DNA of 64,000 nt from an uncultured Actinomycetes bacterium (GTDB taxonomy: Bacteria; Actinomycetota; UBA4738; HRBIN12): contig OY969934.1 in assembly GCA_963704725.1 (NCBI GenBank), forward strand, positions 960,001 through 1,024,000, written 5' to 3'. Below the pieces are notes generated by a model. That model was not told the origin of the DNA, did not search any database, and saw only the letters and a program-made list of their open reading frames with translations. The position numbers and the translations under genes are program-made. Positions within the stretch are counted from its first letter, which is position 1, and each line of letters begins with the position of its first letter. This document shows positions 30,138 to 39,714 of the stretch, in pieces.

Positions 30138-30932
30138 TCAGGCCTCGAACGTGGCGCCCTGCAACGCGGTGGCGCACACGCAGTCGCGCGCTTCGGGGAG
30201 CTCGGGGATCGTCGCGAACAGCAGCTCTCGAAGCTTGGAGTTGTTCTCGTTGAACACGCGGATCACCTCGTCGTTGGTCACGGGGGGGATACCCTCGACC
30301 CCGACGTCGTAGTCGGTGATCAGCGAGATGTTGGCGTAGCAGAGCTCGAGCTCCCGTGCCAGCACCGCCTCGGGGTACTGGGTCATGTTGATGACCTCCC
30401 ACCCGGCCGCCTTGAACCAGGCCGACTCGGCGCGAGTGGAGAACCTGGGGCCCTCGATCACGACCACCGTCCCCCGGTCGTGCACGGGGATGCCGAGGGC
30501 TCGGGCCCGCTCGATCGCCACCCCGCGCATCGTCGGGCAGTACGGGTCCGCGAACGCGATGTGCGTGGTCACCGGCCCGTCGTAGAAGGTGTTGGGCCGG
30601 GCTCGCGTCCGGTCGACGAGCTGGTCGCAGATCACGAACTCGCCCGGCTTCACGTGCTCCTGGAGTGAGCCGCACGCGTTCGGGCCGATCACGCGGCTCA
30701 CGCCGAGCTCCTTCATGGCCCACAGGTTCGCGAGGTAGGGGATCTTGTGCGGCGGGTACTCGTGTTTGGGCCCGTGCCGGGGGATGAAGGCCACGCGCCG
30801 CCCGCCGACCTCGCCGACGACCGGCGGCGCGGCGGGCGGGCCGTAGGGCGTCTCGACCTCGACGACCTCGGTCTCGTCCAGGAACGAGGAGAAGCCGGAG
30901 CCTCCGAACACCCCGATCTCCGCCGTCGTCAC
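30138..30932 (-). CDS. mtnP: S-methyl-5'-thioadenosine phosphorylase
   Basis: IGVFGGSG, PRHG, EGPRFSTRAES, INMT, TDYD; own AAGGAGG RBS. Confidence 0.92.
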   Translation of the reverse strand: MTTAEIGVFGGSGFSSFLDETEVVEVETPYGPPAAPPVVGEVGGRRVAFIPRHGPKHEYPPHKIPYLANLWAMKELGVSRVIGPNACGSLQEHVKPGEFVICDQLVDRTRARPNTFYDGPVTTHIAFADPYCPTMRGVAIERARALGIPVHDRGTVVVIEGPRFSTRAESAWFKAAGWEVINMTQYPEAVLARELELCYANISLITDYDVGVEGIPPVTNDEVIRVFNENNSKLRELLFATIPELPEARDCVCATALQGATFEA

Positions 30933-31259
30933 GACGGCGACGCCTCCTTGGGCGCGGCCTTCGCGGGGCCCGATCCCGAGGACGTGGTCCGAGTCCGGCC
31001 CGGACGAGGACGGTCCCGAGTCCGACGGGGGTTTGCCCTCGCCCCGGCGGTCCTTCTTCGTCGCGGCCGATGGTTTGGAGCCCGAGCGGCTGTCGGTGGC
31101 GTAGAAGCCCGAGCCCTTGAACACGATCCCGGCCGGGTGGAACACCTTGCGGAGCGGGCCGCCGCACACGCCGCACGTGGTGAGCGCGTCCTCCGTGAAG
31201 CGCTGGAAGACCTCGATGTGCTGTCCGCAGGACGTGCACTCGTACTCGTACGTCGGCAC
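30929..31259 (-). CDS. FmdB-family zinc-ribbon protein; an apparent 1-nt insertion puts it in frame with mtnP
   Basis: PTYEYECTSC...CGVCGG...FKGSGFYATD; alternative-frame tail ends at TGA 30929. Confidence 0.85.
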
Positions 31260-31367
31260 GCCTGGGAGTGTAGCCGAGCGGATGTCGGCCACCGGAGGGA
31301 TGCATGCCGTGGGGACGCCGAGGGTATGCTCCGGGCCCCGACGGCCCCGACCCGGAGGAGAGGGGAC

Positions 31368-32261
<894 letters not shown>

Positions 32262-32317
32262 CCACGCCGTTCGCCGGACCCGGCCGAGCGGGCCGCCGCC
32301 GATAGACTGGACCGGCC

Positions 32318-33580
32318 ATGGCGCAAGCCCATCACGTCCACGATCACGACAGCGGCGAGGGCCTGCGCACGGTCGAGGAGGCGCGCGCCGGCGTCCTCGA
32401 GAAGGTCTCGCCGCTCCAGCCGCTCGAGCTGCCGCTGACCGAGGCGTACGGATGCGTGCTCGCGCGCGACGTCGTCGCCGACACCGACATCCCCGCGTTC
32501 GCGAGCTCGGCGATGGACGGGTTCGCCGTGCGGTCCTCGGAGGTGGTCGGCGCGACGCCGACCGCGCCGGTCGAGCTCCGGGTCGCCGGGCGCGCGCTGA
32601 TCGGCCGCCGCCCCGAGGGCACGGTCGGAGGGGGCGAGGCGATCCGGATCGCCACTGGCGCGCCGGTGCCGGCGGGCGCCGACACGATCGTGCCGATCGA
32701 GGACTGCGAGCTCGTCGGAGAGAACGTCCGCATCCTGGCCGGGCCGCCCGAGGGCCGCCACATCCGGCCGGCCGGGGAGGACGCCAAGGCGAACGAGCCG
32801 CTCGTCGCCGCGGGCCGGCGACTGCAGGCTCCCGAGCTCGGCCTGCTCGCGACGGCCGGCGTCTCCCATCCCCTCGTCCGGCCTCGGCCCCGCGTCGTCG
32901 TCCTGTCGACGGGTGACGAGCTGATCCCGCCGACGCAGACGCCGGAGTTCGGGCAGATCCGCGACTCCAACGCGTACACGCTGTTCGCCGCGCTACGTGA
33001 GGCCGGCGCCGTGCCCATGCTGGCCGGCATCATCCGGGACGACGTGGACGCGCTGAAGGAGACCGTGCTCTCGCACCTGGTCCAGGCCGACGCGTTCGTC
33101 TCCTCCGGCGGCGTGTCGGTGGGGGAGCGCGACGTGGTCAAGGCGGCCTTCTTCCGGCGCGGCGAGCTCGACTTCTACAAGGTCGCGATGCAGCCGGGCA
33201 TGCCGCAGGGGTTCGGGACGATCGAGGGGAAGCCGTACTTCGGCCTGCCCGGCAACCCGGTCAGCGTGTTCGTGAGCTTCGAGGTCTTCATCCGGCCGGC
33301 GCTCATGAAGATGATGGGTCGGCGGAACCTCCTGCGCCCCGAGGTCACCGCACGGCTGGAGGAGCCGGTGACGGGTCCCCGGGGCAAGACCCAGTTCGCG
33401 CGCGTCCGGGTGAAGCGAACGCGCGACGGTTGGGTGGCCCATCCCACGGGCGGGCGCGGCTCGAACCTGATCGCCACCGTGGCGCGAGCCAACGGGCTCG
33501 CCGTGGTCCCCGCCGGCGTCGAGACCGCCGAGGCGGGTTCCGAGGTCCGCGTGATGCTGTTCCGCTCGATGGAGGACTGA
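32318..33580 (+). CDS. moeA: Molybdopterin molybdotransferase (gephyrin-like Glp)
   Basis: SAMDGFAV, STGDEL, SGGVSVG, GLPGNPVS. Confidence 0.95.
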   Translation: MAQAHHVHDHDSGEGLRTVEEARAGVLEKVSPLQPLELPLTEAYGCVLARDVVADTDIPAFASSAMDGFAVRSSEVVGATPTAPVELRVAGRALIGRRPEGTVGGGEAIRIATGAPVPAGADTIVPIEDCELVGENVRILAGPPEGRHIRPAGEDAKANEPLVAAGRRLQAPELGLLATAGVSHPLVRPRPRVVVLSTGDELIPPTQTPEFGQIRDSNAYTLFAALREAGAVPMLAGIIRDDVDALKETVLSHLVQADAFVSSGGVSVGERDVVKAAFFRRGELDFYKVAMQPGMPQGFGTIEGKPYFGLPGNPVSVFVSFEVFIRPALMKMMGRRNLLRPEVTARLEEPVTGPRGKTQFARVRVKRTRDGWVAHPTGGRGSNLIATVARANGLAVVPAGVETAEAGSEVRVMLFRSMED

Positions 33581-33585
33581 GCGGG

Positions 33586-34080
33586 ATGGACGCCGCCGCA
33601 CCCGGCTCGCCCACGTCCGGACGACCGGAGGACGCCGCCCGGATCGTCGAGGTCGGCGCGAAGGAGGTCACGGAGCGCGAAGCGGTGGCGGAGTGCGTCG
33701 TCACGATGACGGCGGAGGCGTGCGCCCACCTGGTCGCCGGCACGCCGAAGGGCAACCCGCTGGAGGCCGCGCGGATCGCCGGCGTGATGGGCGTGAAGCG
33801 GACGCCGGACCTGCTCCCCTTCTGCCATCCGATCGCGATCACGGGCGCCGAGGTGATCGTCACGCCGGAGCTCGAGACCGGCCGCATCCACGTGCGCTCG
33901 ACGGTCCGCGCGATGGACCGCACCGGCGCCGAGATGGAGGCGCTCACGGCGTCCGCGGTGGCCGCGCTCTCGCTGTACGACACGGCGAAGGCGTACGACC
34001 GCGCCGCGCGCATCGACGGCCTGCGCCTGCTCGAGAAGCGCGGCGGCAAGTCCGGTCACTACGTCGCCGACGCGGGCTGA
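33586..34080 (+). CDS. moaC: Cyclic pyranopterin monophosphate synthase
   Basis: KRTPDLLPFCHP, TGAEMEAL, EKRGGKSG. Confidence 0.92.
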   Translation: MDAAAPGSPTSGRPEDAARIVEVGAKEVTEREAVAECVVTMTAEACAHLVAGTPKGNPLEAARIAGVMGVKRTPDLLPFCHPIAITGAEVIVTPELETGRIHVRSTVRAMDRTGAEMEALTASAVAALSLYDTAKAYDRAARIDGLRLLEKRGGKSGHYVADAG

Positions 34081-34250
34081 TCGCTCGATCGCGCAACGGC
34101 GACGCGCGAGGTGACGCGCGGAACCTCGATCCGGGGTTGCGCGGAAATGATCGTTGGTGTTTGTGGTCGCACAGGTGAGCTGCTAGGTTCCAGACCCAGC
34201 CCAACATTGCAGTGGCGGACCGGGGCTCCGATCACCGGGGGGCTGGGCGC

Positions 34251-34823
34251 ATGGGTTGGATGTTGTTCGCGGCTCTGTGCACGATGTGGACCGCGTTCCT
34301 CCTCCCAGGTCGGAGGAGCTCCCCCGGCCGGAGCATGGAGGATTTCGAGCGACACATGGACCTCTTGGCGGACCAGAACGGGCACGGACGCTGGATCGTC
34401 ACCCCGCGCAAGGGGATGGCGTTCGTCGGACGGAAGGAACGCGCGGCGCAACGCGCTCGCGAGCGCCGACGGCGGGTCTTCGTGTTCCTGCTCGAGAGCA
34501 TCAGCCTGAGCTTCCTGATCGGCCTCGTCCCTCCGTTGCGCGCGATGTGGTACGCATCCGGCGCGCTGTTCCTGCTCCTCGGCGCGTACGCGTGGCTCCT
34601 CGTCTCGATGAAGGCTCGCAGCTCGCAGGCGCGAGCGTTCGTTCGCGAGCGGCAGGCGGCACCGGCGGAGCGTCCGCGTCCCGCTCGGCACCGCTACGCG
34701 ACGGACGCCGCGGGACGCACGCCGAGAGCCGCGTTCAACGGCCTCCCCGCGCTCGGCGCGGACGACCTCGCGAACATCGTGGTCAAGCGCGCGGGACGCC
34801 AGGTCGGCGTCGTGCGCGTCTAG
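34251..34823 (+). CDS. Membrane protein, SepX/GlpR-like by synteny
   Basis: N-terminal TM, RARERRRRVF then two TMs; lies between galU-moeA-moaC and tRNA-Ala as in other actinobacteria. Confidence 0.55.
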   Translation: MGWMLFAALCTMWTAFLLPGRRSSPGRSMEDFERHMDLLADQNGHGRWIVTPRKGMAFVGRKERAAQRARERRRRVFVFLLESISLSFLIGLVPPLRAMWYASGALFLLLGAYAWLLVSMKARSSQARAFVRERQAAPAERPRPARHRYATDAAGRTPRAAFNGLPALGADDLANIVVKRAGRQVGVVRV

Positions 34824-34832
34824 GCTTCGCGC

Positions 34833-35471
34833 GTGGATCTCGACGAACCCGCCGAGCGCATCCGGCATCGCTTCGACGCCCGCATGGAGGCCCGAGAACG
34901 GGCGCTACCCGCCTCGCGCGCCGCGATCCGCTCGTGCGCGAACGCGATCCGGGCCATCCATCGGGGCGAGCTCGAGCTCGCGCATCGCTTGATGGACGAG
35001 GCGCGGGCCTCGCTCGACGCCGGCCTGGAGGCCGTCGCCGGCCATCCCGAGATCCGGTTCGCCGGGTACCTGCAGGACGCGCAGAAGGAGTACGCCGAGG
35101 CGCGCGTCACGGAGGCCGTCGTGACCCGCGCCGACCACGTCCCCACCCCGGAGGAGCTCGCCGTCGAGGACGGCCCCTACCTCAACGGTCTGGCCGAGGC
35201 GGTGGGGGAGGCCCGTCGCCACGCCCTCGACCTGCTGCGGCACCGGCGGGTGGTGGAGGCGGAGGACGTGCTGCTCGCGATGGACGACCTGTACGCGGTG
35301 CTCGTCACGATGGACTACCCCGACGCGATCACCGGCAACCTGCGCCGGAGCACGGACGTGGCCAGGAGCCTGATCGAGAAGACCAGGGGCGACCTCTCGG
35401 TGGCCAGGGTCTCGCAGGATCTGCACGACGCGCTCGAGCGCCACGCCCGCCAGGTGCTGAAGGAGGAGTGA
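34833..35471 (+). CDS. Translin/TRAX (C3PO) family protein
   Basis: Helical; AIRAIHRG, QKEYAEA, PTPEEL, YLNGLAEAVGEARR, LRRSTDVARSLIEKT. Confidence 0.85.
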   Translation: MDLDEPAERIRHRFDARMEARERALPASRAAIRSCANAIRAIHRGELELAHRLMDEARASLDAGLEAVAGHPEIRFAGYLQDAQKEYAEARVTEAVVTRADHVPTPEELAVEDGPYLNGLAEAVGEARRHALDLLRHRRVVEAEDVLLAMDDLYAVLVTMDYPDAITGNLRRSTDVARSLIEKTRGDLSVARVSQDLHDALERHARQVLKEE

Positions 35472-35474
35472 GCG

Positions 35475-35924
35475 ATGGCCGTTCGCAAGGACAAGGTTCG
35501 TGAGCAGTACCTGGCCGCCGTGCAGCAGCATCTGGAGCCGGGCGAGCAGCTCGTGACGGGTGCGTACGCCATCCAGGGGCCGAGCCCGCTGTGGGTGTCC
35601 GGCCTATTCGGGCTCATCGGCATGGTGGTGGCCAACGTCCGCTACTACTTCGTGTGGGTGACGGATCGCCGCGTGCTGTTCCTCAAGGGCTCGTTCTGGA
35701 CGGCACGTCCCACGGGGTTCGCGTGGTCCGATCTGCGATCGGCCGTCCAGATCAACGAGGTCTCGCCGGCGATGACCTGGAGCTGGTTGCGCTACCACCG
35801 GCCCGCAGGCGGGAAGCCGATCCGGCTGAACTTCGCCCGACCCTGGCGCGACGAGTTCGGTCAGATCACCGCAGCGCTATCAGGGAGCGGCGCGTCCACG
35901 CCGCCCGCTCCGCCGCCGACCTGA
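35475..35924 (+). CDS. Hypothetical protein (PH-like, VTDRRVLF)
   Basis: AAGGAGG RBS, GC3 bias. Confidence 0.7.
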   Translation: MAVRKDKVREQYLAAVQQHLEPGEQLVTGAYAIQGPSPLWVSGLFGLIGMVVANVRYYFVWVTDRRVLFLKGSFWTARPTGFAWSDLRSAVQINEVSPAMTWSWLRYHRPAGGKPIRLNFARPWRDEFGQITAALSGSGASTPPAPPPT

Positions 35925-37540
35925 GCCCACGGACCGCTGGTACGCTTGCTCCTCGTCCCGGGGGTGTAGCTCAGTCCGGTAGAGCACTGCCTTCGCACGG
36001 CAGGGGTCGGCGGTTCGAGTCCGCTCACCTCCACTTTCAACGTCTTATTCGAACTCGGGCGAGAGAAGAGAGGCGCGAAGACCTCCGAGAACTCGGCCCG
36101 ACCGATCTTCCGGTCCTTGATGTAGACGGCCTGGAGCACGGCGTCATTGAAGCGTCGTCGCACCAACGGTCGCGCCTTCAGATACGCGGCGTGGCAGTTC
36201 CCGGCGAGCCGGATGGCCGCTCGGAGCACCTCCTGCCAGCCCTCGAGGTCGCCCTCCGTCGCCTGGAGCTCGGCCTTGGCCGCATGCTCGGCGACGCCGA
36301 TGCGATCCTGCTCCGACTTCAGGAGATCGAGCGGGATCGCGTTCGCGTAGAAGGCCTGCAGGAGCTTGCCGCGCTCGTCGGCCGCCTTGGCGAGCGTCCT
36401 GGTGAGGAGCACCCGGCGCTCGGAGGCCTCGGCCTGCCGCTCGACGATCTCGGCCTCCAGCTCCTCGGTGAGCCGGCGTACCCATGAGGGTGGCAGCTGG
36501 ATCCTCCCGTACAGGTCCTCGATGAGCGCCTCGGCGTCCCCGGCCAGGATGTACGGCTGGCGGCACCCGGTCCGGGCTGAACCGCGCTGCCCGAGACAGT
36601 AGAAGTAGAGGTACTTGCCCTTGGCGAGCGTGAGCGACAGGCGCCTGCCGCACTCCCCGCAGTGCAGCAGCCCCTTCAGGTAGTGCTCGTGGCGGCGTTG
36701 GCGGACCCCGGCGACGTCGCGGGCCCGCAGAGTCTCCTGGACCCGGTCGAACAGGCTCTGGGGAATGAGCGCCTTGTGCTGGCCCGGATAGCGGGCGCCT
36801 CCCCACTGCACGACCCCGAGGTAGAACGGGTTCGCCAGCATCTCGGCGAGCTTGGAGATCGAGACCGGAGCGCCCGGCCTTCTCGCGTACGGTGACGTCA
36901 GCCCCTTGGCGTGCATCGTGGCCTGGAGCTCGGGGAGCGAGCAGTCGCCGGTGGCGTACAGCCGGAACGTCTCTCGGACCAGCAGCGCCCGTTCGGGATC
37001 GAGGACCACCTTGGCGATGTCCTTGCCGGCCGTCTTCTCCCTGACGTTCAGGTAGCCGATGGGGGCCTTGGTCGGCCAGCCGCCCATCTTGGCCTTCTGG
37101 GTCATGCCCTTTCGGATCTCGCCGGCCAGGTTGGCCGAGTAGAACTCCGCCATAAGCGCGTGGATGCCCTCCACGAGGCGTCCGGAGGCCGTCTCCTCGA
37201 TGTTCTCGGTCACCGAGACGAGCTGGACCCCCGCGTGGCGAAGTGCCGCCCTGATGGCCACGTGGTCCTCCATGGAGCGGGCCAACCGGTCGATCTTGTG
37301 GACGACGACGGCTCCGATCCCGCCCTCGGCCACCCGGCGGAGCATGGCCTTCAGCATGGGGCGGTCGGCCGTGCGGGCGGACTCGCCGGCATCGGTGAAC
37401 TCGTCTGCGAGGTCCCATCCGCGCTCGGCGATGTGGCGAAGGCACGCCTCCCGCTGGGCGGGGATCGAGTAGCCCTCGCCGGCCTCGTCGTTGGAGGCCT
37501 GCTCCTTGGTGGAGACCCTGAGGTAGATCACCGCGTCCAT
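35861..37540 (-). CDS. Large serine recombinase (integrase)
   Basis: YLRVST, HKIDRLAR, recombinase domain, Zn ribbon CGECG...YFYC; C-terminus reads antisense through the tRNA. Confidence 0.93.
   Translation of the reverse strand: MDAVIYLRVSTKEQASNDEAGEGYSIPAQREACLRHIAERGWDLADEFTDAGESARTADRPMLKAMLRRVAEGGIGAVVVHKIDRLARSMEDHVAIRAALRHAGVQLVSVTENIEETASGRLVEGIHALMAEFYSANLAGEIRKGMTQKAKMGGWPTKAPIGYLNVREKTAGKDIAKVVLDPERALLVRETFRLYATGDCSLPELQATMHAKGLTSPYARRPGAPVSISKLAEMLANPFYLGVVQWGGARYPGQHKALIPQSLFDRVQETLRARDVAGVRQRRHEHYLKGLLHCGECGRRLSLTLAKGKYLYFYCLGQRGSARTGCRQPYILAGDAEALIEDLYGRIQLPPSWVRRLTEELEAEIVERQAEASERRVLLTRTLAKAADERGKLLQAFYANAIPLDLLKSEQDRIGVAEHAAKAELQATEGDLEGWQEVLRAAIRLAGNCHAAYLKARPLVRRRFNDAVLQAVYIKDRKIGRAEFSEVFAPLFSRPSSNKTLKVEVSGLEPPTPAVRRQCSTGLSYTPGTRSKRTSGPWAQVGGGAGGVDAPLPDSAAVI
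35960..36033 (+). tRNA. tRNA-Ala (anticodon CGC)
   Basis: Acceptor stem GGGGGTG/CACCTCC with G3:U70; anticodon arm CTGCC-TTCGCAC-GGCAG; T-loop TTCGAGT; CCA not encoded. Confidence 0.96.
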
Positions 37541-37779
37541 CGCTCGTCCTCCTCTTGGTCCTCCAGTGCCAGCGCCAGGTCGACCAGAGCCCGGGCCATC
37601 GGGCGCAGCGCACCCGGCTCGGGAGCATCCGGCCGGTCCACCCCCGGACGCGCAAGCGTAGTCCGGGCAGGTGTCGCTCCCAGGGCGTCGTGCTCGTCGG
37701 CCGAAGCCGTGTTGATCCGGTCGCGACGGCGATCGTGTTCACCCTCGAGTCCGCGCGCATTCGCGCGGCGCGGGGTCAA
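37528..37779 (-). CDS. Small hypothetical protein between relaxase and recombinase
   Basis: TTG start overlaps the upstream TGA; 3' end overlaps the integrase start. Confidence 0.45.
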   Translation of the reverse strand: MTPRRANARGLEGEHDRRRDRINTASADEHDALGATPARTTLARPGVDRPDAPEPGALRPMARALVDLALALEDQEEDERWTR

Positions 37780-38762
37780 GGAGCATGTCGGGGCGGTAGG
37801 GCGCGGAATCGGGGTGTCGCTGCTACGGGAGAGATCCGACGACGGTGGCCGGCATCGGCATCAGTGAAGTACCGGCCGAGGCATCGTGCAGCCGGGTAGA
37901 GGTCACGAGGTCGGGCCGGCAGGTCGATTAGCGACAGGCGATCTCCGTCGGTGGCAAGGTGCTTCCAGGCGACTCCGAGCGCGCCGAGCTCGGTCAGTTG
38001 TTCCTCGCTCGCCACGTACAGCGGGAACGACGTTGCGAGCGAGCCCGAGATGTGCAGGCTTCCGACCGCGGCACGAAGTGCGGAGCCGACCTCCCCCTCG
38101 CGCACCCCCTCCGGGACGATGATGAGGAGATCCGGAAAGCCCGGAAGCTCCTGCTCCTTCGTCCACCCCGCCGCGAGGCGGAGGTAGCCCTCGAGCTTGC
38201 GCGAGAGCGCGCCGAACGCCTCGGTGCCGCGGTCGTACTCCAGGTAGAACTCGCACGTCCCGGCCGGGTGCAGGTACCGGCCGAACCCGTCGGGCTTGAC
38301 CTCGGCGGCCCTCGTGCGGACCCAGTGCTCGGGCCGCCAGGTCACCAGACAGTGGCCCTGGAGGCCTCTGGAGGCCTCGGCGAGCGCGCAGAAGAACGCG
38401 TTGACCCCGAGGCGGTGGGCAAGCAGCAGGTTCGTCCGGTAGCTGTGATCGGGGACCCAGGGCAGTTCGGAGGCGCGGACGCCCTTCGCGTCGGCGACCT
38501 CGGCGAGGCCTGGCTTCGTGAGGTACCAGCAGGCGGGCGGCCTCCCCTCCCCGAAACCCCTCCCCACCGAGAAGGATGAGATGAGATCAAGATCTCTCAG
38601 TTCCTTGAGCCGGTGCTGGGCTCTCCTGAGCGATGCGAAGAAGAGGCTCTTGATCTGGTGGGTGGTGAGGACCTTGTGCTCGAGCAGGCTGAGGAAGATG
38701 GCGTGGTCTCGTTCATCGAGCGAGACCAGGCGGTGAAGGTCGTTTCGTTCTGCTCGAACCAT
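37776..38762 (-). CDS. Replication-relaxation (Replic_Relax) family protein
   Basis: wHTH LDERDHAIF...VLTTHQI, HRLGVN, VKPDGFG, FYLEYDRGTE, KLEGY; start uncertain (38762, or 38773 with an indel). Confidence 0.82.
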   Translation of the reverse strand: MVRAERNDLHRLVSLDERDHAIFLSLLEHKVLTTHQIKSLFFASLRRAQHRLKELRDLDLISSFSVGRGFGEGRPPACWYLTKPGLAEVADAKGVRASELPWVPDHSYRTNLLLAHRLGVNAFFCALAEASRGLQGHCLVTWRPEHWVRTRAAEVKPDGFGRYLHPAGTCEFYLEYDRGTEAFGALSRKLEGYLRLAAGWTKEQELPGFPDLLIIVPEGVREGEVGSALRAAVGSLHISGSLATSFPLYVASEEQLTELGALGVAWKHLATDGDRLSLIDLPARPRDLYPAARCLGRYFTDADAGHRRRISPVAATPRFRALPPRHAP

Positions 38763-39714
38763 GTTCTGGGCACAGCTCCCCCCTCCTTCGGTGGGTGGCC
38801 TTCGGCCAAACAACCCCGTGACCTGCGGTTTCGCGATCTGACGCCCTGTGCTCTCACGCCGCCCACGCGCCGTCGGTGCTCGCAGCACCCGGCTCCCAGG
38901 GACGGTCGCGAGCTCGCGCCAGGGCGCGCGGCCGCAACCTGCCGCCTTTCCGAGGATGTTCAGTTCGTGCCGATCCTCACCTCCTCTGCTCGCGCTCAGG
39001 CATGCTTCGGCAAGCGTCGGCCGGGATCGAATGCCGCCGAGCCGTCCGCGCTTTCGCCGCCTCACCCTCGCGCTGCGTCTGCCGGCACTCGGTCCTCGTC
39101 CGCCTCGAGCCTCCGGTCGTGCGCCTTGCCTCCTTCATCTCCGAGCTCGCCTCCCATGAGGTGCCCGGGTTCGGGGCTGCAGCGCTCCCGTCGGCTCTTG
39201 GCCTCGAAGCCCTTGCGTCCGCCTTGGCGTTCGCGAGGGATGACGGCGTCTTCGCATCCGGCCGGTGGTGACGATTCCTGCCTCCGCCGCCACGGCAACC
39301 CTGCTGGCGAATCAAGTGCCAAGACGTGGCCATCTCCACCCCTACAAAGGCACCAGAGGGGCTCGGATCGTGTCGGCGAGGAGGGGCGAGTTCATGAGGA
39401 GCTTTCGGGGAGTGCAGGTCAGGAGGGGGTTGAGACTCAAAGAGGACCGGAGGGCTTGGGAGCAATAGGCCTCGACCTGTGCCCCGAGCGATAGCAGGTG
39501 CGGGATGGCGTCTCTGTCGATGGTGTCAGGTGGTCCATAGGCGCACCACCTGGTTCGACGCGCGACCAGGCGTTACGCGGCAAACGCCGGACCCTGTCCC
39601 CGATTGGGTCCCCTCAACGAGGGACCTTCGGACATGGGATCCGGCCCCAGGTTCGTGTTCCTTTACCGGACGCGGAGGGGGGCTCGCCGCAGCAGGCGGA
39701 CGAAAGGAATCGCC

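Noticed and set aside
38866-39500. Short ORFs between the relaxase and Rhs genes
   Set aside because: No recognisable motifs or convincing codon bias, so no gene call is supported
39575-39600. GGCAAAC resembling the start of a c-di-GMP-I riboswitch
   Set aside because: The GNRA tetraloop and second conserved stem are not present
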